Of a DNA stretch of 64,000 bases, positions 40,254 to 47,709 are shown in pieces (position 1 is the stretch's first letter; each line of letters begins with the position of its first letter). Location: the NCBI GenBank assembly GCA_034530615.2, contig JAVRCV020000049.1, positions 160,001-224,000 on the forward strand, read 5' to 3'. Made by a program: the position numbers and the translations under genes. Under the pieces are notes generated by a model. That model saw nothing but the letters and a program-made list of their open reading frames with translations, was not told the origin of the DNA and searched no databases. This stretch comes from Aulosira sp. ZfuVER01. GTDB taxonomy: Bacteria > Cyanobacteriota > Cyanobacteriia > Cyanobacteriales > Nostocaceae.

Positions 40254-41435
40254 TTAGATCTGTGGCTGTATGCGCTCCCAAGAGAAGGGACCGAAGGTGT
40301 TCGGGCCTGAGACGTTGTTAGCTCGTGGGTTGATTGTCAGTTTTAACCACTCCAGCGGGGAGGTACTACCGTGGACGACGACGCGGTGGAAGTTAGGCAC
40401 ATTATACCCTGCCGGATGGATGTAGGCTACAGAAGTGCAGGGAGTTGATAGTTCCCATGTACAGGAGGCTGTCGGTGATAGGGGATTATCCGATCGGTAG
40501 ACGTGCGAATCACCGTTAAACATAAGTACGGGCTTGCCAAACGCGGTGCTATGTGAAGCGATGCTCTGGACGATAGGCTCGTATTCAGTCTGGTGATCGA
40601 TACCCTTCTCAGTATCCCACATATCAGCCTGAGCCACGATCGCAATAGCCTCAGCTTTGTTGGTGGCAGCAATGGCGAAGGCAGTGTCGAGCCAGCGTAG
40701 GTCAGCAGCTGTACGCTCGCTTCTTTCCTGGTTCTGTGCAGCGCTGGCAATGGGAGCACCGTACCATACGTCTTTGTCATTGTTCGACCCACCAGGCAAA
40801 TTGATGGTTACGAACAGTACTTTTGACTGCATCCACATCACATTCTCGACGAACTTAGCATCTGTTGGGTATGCAGAGTTATAATACTGAGCCTGTGATT
40901 GTACCTGCTTCTTGCGCCCACCGAGTGAGTATCCGGGGTTGGCAAAGAAAATTGACCGGATGAGTTCGAGATTGGCGATTGGATCGCCGTTCTGGTAGTC
41001 AACGGGGTTACCATTTGCGTCAAATTTGTTGCCACCTTCGCCTGACTTTTGGCAGTCTGTCCACTCGTTATCGCCGGGAGTGTAGATGAGAGGGTTCTTA
41101 AACGCAGTCCATAGGCTGAAGAGTGTGCGATCGTAAGCTTCAGTGCAATACTGCTTGCCAGAGTGGATATCGCCGACATGGATGACGAGATCGACCTTTG
41201 GGTCAGCGTTGATGGAGTTAATAAATGCTGGTGTTGCCTCCGTTTGTTGGGTATCGGTGGGTGTTGTACCGTAGGGCGAGTCTCCGTAGACAGCGAGTGT
41301 GAGGACGTTTGCTGAGTTAGGATCAATGGCAGTACCGTTACCAGCTTGGGCAACTTTATTGGTTGCCAGTATTAGCGCAAGAGTGGTTGTCAGCGCGAAA
41401 AGAATTTTGCGCTTGCCTTCCTTTCTTATTTTCAT
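40254..41435 (-). CDS. Exported calcineurin-like metallophosphoesterase
   Basis: Signal peptide (AQA), GDSPY, HVGDIH, PGDNEW, GDSH metal-binding motifs. Confidence 0.85.
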   Translation of the reverse strand: MKIRKEGKRKILFALTTTLALILATNKVAQAGNGTAIDPNSANVLTLAVYGDSPYGTTPTDTQQTEATPAFINSINADPKVDLVIHVGDIHSGKQYCTEAYDRTLFSLWTAFKNPLIYTPGDNEWTDCQKSGEGGNKFDANGNPVDYQNGDPIANLELIRSIFFANPGYSLGGRKKQVQSQAQYYNSAYPTDAKFVENVMWMQSKVLFVTINLPGGSNNDKDVWYGAPIASAAQNQERSERTAADLRWLDTAFAIAATNKAEAIAIVAQADMWDTEKGIDHQTEYEPIVQSIASHSTAFGKPVLMFNGDSHVYRSDNPLSPTASCTWELSTPCTSVAYIHPAGYNVPNFHRVVVHGSTSPLEWLKLTINPRANNVSGPNTFGPFSWERIQPQI

Positions 41436-41798
41436 TGGTTCAATTTCCTTAGGGCTTAGGTATCAGATACAAGTATCATCAGAACAGAAAATTGTTAGCC
41501 AAAGCACTACATAAAAAGTTTTACGCAATAGGGCTTTTAAGCTTAACCCGGTTTTCTGTTGCCATAATTTTCATACCTCATTTGATGCTATGAGGTTAAA
41601 ATTTAGTTAATAAATATTTAAGAGTCTTGGTTAAATATAATTTATTAAAGAAAAGCAGAAAGTTTCACGAAATGTAGATTTTAGCTTTTCATCGATGAGT
41701 ATTAAGAATTTGTTGGGCGATCGCCTCATACACATCCTAATACTCGGCAACCTTAGTACCAAAACTACAAACGAAAGTATCACCATCAACGCAGTCTT

Positions 41799-41861
41799 AA
41801 CCACAGCTTCGATGTTGGTAACGACAATCGCGACGTTGATAACGACAGCTTCAACTTTCTT
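41799..41861. repeat. Three imperfect 21-bp tandem units
   Basis: AACCACAGCTTCGATGTTGGT / AACGACAATCGCGACGTTGAT / AACGACAGCTTCAACTTTCTT. Confidence 0.55.
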
Positions 41862-42005
41862 TACAAAGCAGGAGTTTTCCTCTAGACAGCTTCTACATTC
41901 AAAATGACAGCGAATGAAGTGGTGACGACAGATGTTTGGAGAATCAAGCAGACGCTAACTTATAGATGTATTGCGATTGTGCTTTACAAAAAGGCATATC
42001 TCCGC

Positions 42006-42425
42006 TCAGGCTCTTTTAGGGCTAATTTCAAACGCCAATTCAGAACGGTAGAAACACACATCAAACGCTAAGAAGAAATTCATGTGACCTAAAATTAAGG
42101 GGGCATTTCTGTCTGTTGTCCAAGCAAAAGCTAGCTCTACTGGAGGAAATAGCTCAACATTTGCTGTTAAGACCAACGCCCGCGCCTCAAATCTAGCTAA
42201 ATTACCCCCTAAGGGAACGGACAGCCTTTGACGTTCCCAAACTGCTCCCAGTCTTAAACCGATTTCATAAGGTAATACGTTGACAGTAGAGCCAGTATCT
42301 AGCAAGCCTGACACACTTAAAGAACGATCCCGATAAGTTAAGATCAGCGGTAAATAAGGCAGTGTACTCAATACACCGAATTGTGGGTTTACCTCAGTAA
42401 AAACAAATCTTACCTTATCAACCAT
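42006..42425 (-). CDS. Retropepsin-like (clan AA) aspartic protease
   Basis: GLLDTGS catalytic motif and LILGHMNFF (ILG.D/N-type motif). Confidence 0.8.
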   Translation of the reverse strand: MVDKVRFVFTEVNPQFGVLSTLPYLPLILTYRDRSLSVSGLLDTGSTVNVLPYEIGLRLGAVWERQRLSVPLGGNLARFEARALVLTANVELFPPVELAFAWTTDRNAPLILGHMNFFLAFDVCFYRSELAFEISPKRA

Positions 42426-42636
42426 GTGTTGTTGCTTTTTCCTCTGCCAGCGCCTTTGCTAAAACAGCAGCAGCTTCAAAAGAATTATGTAAGCCTTGAC
42501 TACCAACTTTGCCTTGAGCGTCCAATGGGACTAAACTTGATTCCTGTAACAATTCGCCTAGCAAAAAATGTGTAAGCAAGAGTTTATCAGAGTAGGGTAA
42601 TTCTTTCAGGAGGGGTATCAGTTCTGAGAGAGGCAT
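42418..42636 (-). CDS. Small hypothetical protein overlapping the protease start
   Basis: 72 aa, 8-bp overlap with the downstream gene; LIPLLKELPYSDKLLL resembles small antitoxin-like cyanobacterial proteins. Confidence 0.7.
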   Translation of the reverse strand: MPLSELIPLLKELPYSDKLLLTHFLLGELLQESSLVPLDAQGKVGSQGLHNSFEAAAVLAKALAEEKATTHG

Positions 42637-42811
42637 CAGATAAAGCTTTAATGAATTTGGGTTACATCAATTTTAGAGCATAGTTTTTGAACAGAAATAC
42701 TTGGGCTTACTCACCCATCCCTATCAAGCTGAATAAAATAGCGAATTTTGGTTTTCCTGTCATCTTCTATAATTGATAAAACCTGGACAACTAAATCTTA
42801 GGCATGAGACA

Positions 42812-45742
42812 GTGACAGAAGCAGGAAGTTACAAAGATACTGTAAATCTACCCAAAACGAACTTTGATATGCGGGCGAACGCGCTCAAGCGTGAGCCAGA
42901 AATCCAAAAATTTTGGGAAGAAAATAAAATTTACGATCGCCTTTCGCAAAATAATCCCGGCGAATTATTTATACTGCACGATGGGCCTCCCTACGCAAAT
43001 GGCTCACTTCATACTGGTCATGCCTTAAATAAAATTCTCAAAGATATTATTAATCGCTACCAACTGCTGCGGGGGCGAAAGGTTCGTTATGTGCCAGGTT
43101 GGGACTGCCACGGCTTGCCAATCGAACTGAAAGTTTTGCAGAATATGAAGTCAGCAGAACGGCAAAATCTCACGCCTTTACAACTGCGGCAGAAAGCGAA
43201 AGAATTTGCCCTCGCAACAGTAGATGCGCAACGCCAAAGTTTTAAACGTTATGGTGTTTGGGGTGATTGGGATAATCCTTATCTGACTTTGAAGCCGGAA
43301 TATGAAGCAGCGCAAATTGGTGTTTTTGGTCAGATGGTGTTGAAAGGCTACATCTATCGTGGCTTAAAGCCGGTTCACTGGAGTCCTAGTTCTAAGACTG
43401 CTTTGGCTGAGGCTGAGTTGGAATACCCGGAAGGTCATACTTCTCGCAGTATCTACGCGGCTTTCCCCGTCACTAGTTTGTCGGAAGCAGCTAAACCACT
43501 GCTAGGAGAATATTTACCAGATTTGGGTGTGGCTGTTTGGACAACTACACCTTGGACAATTCCCGGTAACTTGGCGGTAGCGGTGAATGCAGACCTAAAC
43601 TACGCTGTGGTGGAAGTTTCAAGCAGAGACGCGGAGGAGGACACTTGCGTGGGCGGGTCTCCCGACTTGAGCAAAGTGTCCGTCGCGCAGAGAGGATTTA
43701 AGTATCTAATTGTGGCGGCTGATTTGGTGGAACGTTTAGCTGCTACTTTGGAACTAGAGCTAACTGTAAAAGCCATATTCAAAGGGAAAGATTTAGAACA
43801 TATCACCTACCGTCATCCTTTATTTGACCGCGAAAGTCCGGTGGTTGTAGGTGGCGATTACATTACCACTGAGTCCGGTACAGGGTTGGTACATACTGCG
43901 CCCGGTCACGGTCAAGAAGACTACATTGTAGGTCAGCGTTACGGTTTGCCTATCCTTGCACCAGTAGACGATAACGGCAACTTTACCCAAGAGGCGGGAC
44001 ATTTTGCTGGGTTGAATGTGCTGGGTGATGGAAATCAGGCGGTAATTGATGCGTTAGCTGCGGCTGGTTCTCTGTTGAAGGAAGAACCCTATCAGCATAA
44101 ATATCCTTACGACTGGCGGACGAAAAAGCCGACGATTTTCCGCGCCACCGAACAATGGTTTGCTTCGGTGGAAGGATTTAGAGAAGAAGCATTAAAAGCG
44201 ATCGCCTCGGTAAAATGGATTCCAGCCCAAGGTGAAAATCGCATCACGCCAATGGTGGCGGAACGTTCTGATTGGTGTATTTCCCGTCAGCGCGCTTGGG
44301 GTGTGCCAATTCCGGTTTTCTATGATGAAGAAACTGGGGAACCACTGCTGAATGAAGAAACCATCAACCACGTCCAAGCCATTATCGCCGAAAAAGGTTC
44401 CGATGCTTGGTGGGAATTGTCGGTAGAGGAATTATTACCAGAACAATACCAGAATAACGGTCGGTCTTACCGCCGAGGTACTGACACAATGGATGTGTGG
44501 TTTGATTCTGGTTCATCTTGGGCAGCTGTTATCAAGCAGCGTCCAGAATTGCGCTACCCTGCGGATATGTATTTAGAAGGTTCCGACCAACATCGCGGTT
44601 GGTTCCAGTCCAGTTTGCTCACCAGTGTAGCAGTGAATGGCATTGCACCTTACAAAACTGTCTTGACTCACGGCTTTGTCCTTGATGAACAAGGGCGGAA
44701 GATGAGTAAGTCATTGGGGAATGTGGTAGATCCGCAAGTGATGATTGTCGGCGGTAAAGACCAGAAAAAAGAACCCCCCTATGGTGCTGATGTGTTGCGG
44801 TTGTGGGTGTCGTCGGTAGATTACACCTCCGATGTGCGTATAGGTAACAACATCATCAAGCAGCTAAATGATGTCAGGGGTAAGATTCGCAATACAGCGC
44901 GTTTCTTGCTGGGTAGCTTGCATGATTTTGACCCAGAAAAAGATGCAGTACCTTTCGAGGAATTGCCAGAACTCGACCGCTATATGCTGCACCGCATCAC
45001 CGAGGTATTCGGTGAAGTCACAGAAGCTTTTGACAGTTTCCAATTCTTCCGCTTCTTCCAGACAGTGCAGAATTTCTGCGTTGTGGATTTATCCAACTTT
45101 TATCTGGATGTTGCTAAAGATAGACTGTACATCAGCACACCTAAAGCTTTCCGCCGTCGCAGTTGTCAAACAGTGCTGAAGATAGCTTTAGAGAATTTAG
45201 CACGAGCGATCGCCCCTGTGTTATGCCACACCGCCGAAGATATTTGGCAACATCTCCCCTACGCAACACCTTACAAATCGGTGTTTGAAGCCGGTTGGGT
45301 ACAAGTAGAGGGAGAATGGCTAAATCCAGAATTAGGTGAATTTTGGGAAGCATTGCGACAACTCCGCACCGATGTTAACAAGGTCTTAGAACTAGCCAGG
45401 ATCGAAAAACTCATTGGTTCATCCCTGGAGGCGAAAGCTTTAATTCACATACCTCACAAACAGTTAGGCGATGCTATCAAAGCTTTTAATCCTGTTAGCG
45501 GTAACGGTATTGATGAACTGCGGTACTTATTGCTGACTTCTCAAGTGGAATTATTAGATTCTGCCGAGAAATTGCAAGGATTGAAATATACAGCGCAGAC
45601 GGAAGACTGGACAATAGGTGTAGTGAATGCAGATGGCGAGAAGTGCGATCGCTGTTGGAACTACTCCACCCACGTGGGAGAATCAAAAGAACATCCCCTA
45701 CTTTGCGAACGGTGCGTTCCAGCCTTAGCAGGTGAGTTTTAG
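42812..45742 (+). CDS. ileS: Isoleucyl-tRNA synthetase (type 1)
   Basis: GPPYANG..HTGH, WTTTPWT, GTGLVHTAPGHG, WCISRQR, KMSKS, C-terminal Zn finger CDRC...CERC. GTG start at 42812 preferred. Confidence 0.98.
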   Translation: MTEAGSYKDTVNLPKTNFDMRANALKREPEIQKFWEENKIYDRLSQNNPGELFILHDGPPYANGSLHTGHALNKILKDIINRYQLLRGRKVRYVPGWDCHGLPIELKVLQNMKSAERQNLTPLQLRQKAKEFALATVDAQRQSFKRYGVWGDWDNPYLTLKPEYEAAQIGVFGQMVLKGYIYRGLKPVHWSPSSKTALAEAELEYPEGHTSRSIYAAFPVTSLSEAAKPLLGEYLPDLGVAVWTTTPWTIPGNLAVAVNADLNYAVVEVSSRDAEEDTCVGGSPDLSKVSVAQRGFKYLIVAADLVERLAATLELELTVKAIFKGKDLEHITYRHPLFDRESPVVVGGDYITTESGTGLVHTAPGHGQEDYIVGQRYGLPILAPVDDNGNFTQEAGHFAGLNVLGDGNQAVIDALAAAGSLLKEEPYQHKYPYDWRTKKPTIFRATEQWFASVEGFREEALKAIASVKWIPAQGENRITPMVAERSDWCISRQRAWGVPIPVFYDEETGEPLLNEETINHVQAIIAEKGSDAWWELSVEELLPEQYQNNGRSYRRGTDTMDVWFDSGSSWAAVIKQRPELRYPADMYLEGSDQHRGWFQSSLLTSVAVNGIAPYKTVLTHGFVLDEQGRKMSKSLGNVVDPQVMIVGGKDQKKEPPYGADVLRLWVSSVDYTSDVRIGNNIIKQLNDVRGKIRNTARFLLGSLHDFDPEKDAVPFEELPELDRYMLHRITEVFGEVTEAFDSFQFFRFFQTVQNFCVVDLSNFYLDVAKDRLYISTPKAFRRRSCQTVLKIALENLARAIAPVLCHTAEDIWQHLPYATPYKSVFEAGWVQVEGEWLNPELGEFWEALRQLRTDVNKVLELARIEKLIGSSLEAKALIHIPHKQLGDAIKAFNPVSGNGIDELRYLLLTSQVELLDSAEKLQGLKYTAQTEDWTIGVVNADGEKCDRCWNYSTHVGESKEHPLLCERCVPALAGEF
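43637..43684 (+). repeat. 48-bp palindromic short dispersed repeat inserted in frame in ileS
   Basis: Terminal IR GGACACTT (43639-46)/AAGTGTCC (43674-81), inner CGGG-TCT-CCCG hairpin; encodes EDTCVGGSPDLSKVSV. Confidence 0.8.
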
Positions 45743-45744
45743 GT

Positions 45745-45797
45745 ATTGGGCATAGGGCATGGGGCATAGGGCATTTTGTCCCCATCCCCCATTCCCC
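45745..45797. repeat. Heptamer tandem repeats after ileS
   Basis: GGGCATA/GGGCATG units followed by CCCCAT units. Confidence 0.8.
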
Positions 45798-45881
45798 TAA
45801 AATGAATTAAAGATAGACTATTTCTAGATACAGTATTTATTCAGGTTCTACTGAACAAGAATGTTCTAGGACACAAAATCT

Positions 45882-46127
45882 ATGACTAATCTCTTACAAG
45901 AAGCATTTGCCGTCGTCTCACAGCTACCGGAAGCTGAACAAAATGCGATCGCTCAACTGATTTTGCAGCAAATAGCCCAGCGCGATCAATCACTGCATAA
46001 AATACCTATAGATTTTATGCAATTCGCTGGTATTGCTAGTGCTGAAGAAACAATACTTTTGCAAACTCTTGAACGTGAGATTGAAGAACAGCGATCGTTA
46101 GACTTGCAAAGACAAATCGACCTGTGA
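45882..46127 (+). CDS. Probable antitoxin
   Basis: 81 aa; 4-bp GTGA overlap with the PIN gene; LLQEAFAVVSQLPEAEQNAIA N-terminus. Confidence 0.75.
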   Translation: MTNLLQEAFAVVSQLPEAEQNAIAQLILQQIAQRDQSLHKIPIDFMQFAGIASAEETILLQTLEREIEEQRSLDLQRQIDL

Positions 46128-46540
46128 AAAAAGCTTTATTGGATACTAATATCTTGTCATACTTCCTGCGAGGTGAATTGCAAGTTGTCACAAAATTAAG
46201 TGAATACCAACAATTTCACAGCAATTTAACTTTTTCTGTTCTCACCTACTATGAGATCAAGAGTGGCTTACTCTACAAAGATGCAAGGAAACTGCTTCAA
46301 CAATTTGAAATTCTTGCCAATGGCAGTGAAATTTTACAACTCGATTTAGAAACAGCTAATATTGCAAGTATCATTTACACAGACTTACGTCAAAAAGGTT
46401 TACTAATTAGTCCGATTGACTTGCTTATTGCAGCATCAGCAATTCAACATGAGTGTGTTTTAATTACTGCAAATATTAAACATTTTCAGAATATCGTTAA
46501 CTTAGAATTTGACAATTGGGCAGCACCTCCCTTGTCATGA
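46124..46540 (+). CDS. vapC: PIN-domain (VapC-like) ribonuclease toxin
   Basis: ALLDTNILS, LTYYEIKSG, DLLIAASA, LITANIKHF. Confidence 0.9.
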   Translation: MKKALLDTNILSYFLRGELQVVTKLSEYQQFHSNLTFSVLTYYEIKSGLLYKDARKLLQQFEILANGSEILQLDLETANIASIIYTDLRQKGLLISPIDLLIAASAIQHECVLITANIKHFQNIVNLEFDNWAAPPLS

Positions 46541-46568
46541 AAATTGTACACCAGCAAGGCTTTTATTT

Positions 46569-46640
46569 GGGGGAATGGGGCATTGGGCATGGGGCATAGG
46601 GCAAGAAGGCAATAGTCCTCCTTGTCCCCCTTCCAGTCCC
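46569..46640. repeat. Heptamer/nonamer tandem repeats between convergent vapC and parA
   Basis: GGGAATG GGGCATT GGGCATG GGGCATA units, then CCTTGTCCC units. Confidence 0.75.
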
Positions 46641-47525
46641 CTACAGCTTCTCCAACAACTCCTGAGTTAACTGAATAAATGATTTAGAACCAGGTGATTG
46701 AGGACTCATTAAAACAGCCGGCATAAAACTATCAACAGCTTTTGCCACATTCACATCAACTGGAATTTGGTTTTTACAAATTTTATCTACACCAAAATCT
46801 TCGACAACGCGATGCATAACTTGTTTATAGTATCTGCCAGTCAGGAGATTTGCACTCGACATACTGAATACAATCCCCAGCATTTTTATATCGATTTTCG
46901 CTTCATGTTCGTGACTGTCTTTTAATTGTCCAATGCGTCTTTCCAACAATTGAATACCTACTACAGATAAAGGTTCTGGTTTAGCAGGTAAAATATAAAA
47001 ATCACTGCAAGCCAAAGCGCTACGAGTTAATAGATTATAGCCAGGCGCACAATCTAGAATGATAAAATCATACTCTTGGCGAACTGGTTTTAAGATGTTA
47101 TTAATTAACACCCTTTCAAAACGATTCCAAACTGTTTCAAAATCCTGCTCGCCTAAAGCAACCGATTGTTCGTGCAGCATTTCTGAAACAACAAATTCAT
47201 CATATAAATCGATATCTCCTGGTAATAAATTCAATCCAGGTAGATTACAAACGTTAGTGTGAACGATATCCTGAATCGTCAACTTAGCGTTTGGTTCTGG
47301 TGCGATAACTTGATCTATTAGATATCGAAATGTCTTTCTATTTTTTCGACGCTTGGCAAATTCCAAAGGCGACATCAGGCTGAGTGTGGCACTAATTTGG
47401 CTATCTAAGTCCAGAACCAGCACCCGTTTTCCATGATATTTAGCTAAACAAGTAGCTAAATTAACTGTAATGGTGGTTTTACCGACACCACCTTTCATAT
47501 TTGCAGTTGCAATTACATATCCCAT
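46641..47525 (-). CDS. ParA/Soj-family ATPase (no adjacent parB)
   Basis: Deviant Walker A NMKGGVGKTT, VLVLDLDSQ, IILDCAP. Confidence 0.92.
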   Translation of the reverse strand: MGYVIATANMKGGVGKTTITVNLATCLAKYHGKRVLVLDLDSQISATLSLMSPLEFAKRRKNRKTFRYLIDQVIAPEPNAKLTIQDIVHTNVCNLPGLNLLPGDIDLYDEFVVSEMLHEQSVALGEQDFETVWNRFERVLINNILKPVRQEYDFIILDCAPGYNLLTRSALACSDFYILPAKPEPLSVVGIQLLERRIGQLKDSHEHEAKIDIKMLGIVFSMSSANLLTGRYYKQVMHRVVEDFGVDKICKNQIPVDVNVAKAVDSFMPAVLMSPQSPGSKSFIQLTQELLEKL

Positions 47526-47709
47526 TGGTTAAGTCCTTTGATGGCGCATCCCCATGTAGGTAGCGTACATCTCTCCTGATATATGGAAATTTTCGTTAAA
47601 TTTAATATTTCTGGAATACACAAAGTTATTCCAGTAACACGACTGTGATTGAGGCAGTCAGAATTATAGCAGTGAGTAGCACATTACTAACATTGAGAGG
47701 AAATTAATT

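Noticed and set aside
40427..41353. Long alternative-frame ORFs (121 and 171 aa) within the phosphoesterase gene
   Set aside because: Explained by stop-poor GC-rich codon usage; compositions are not protein-like.
42637..42811. T-box or other leader upstream of ileS
   Set aside because: No T-box consensus or antiterminator visible; the region is short and shared with a divergent gene.
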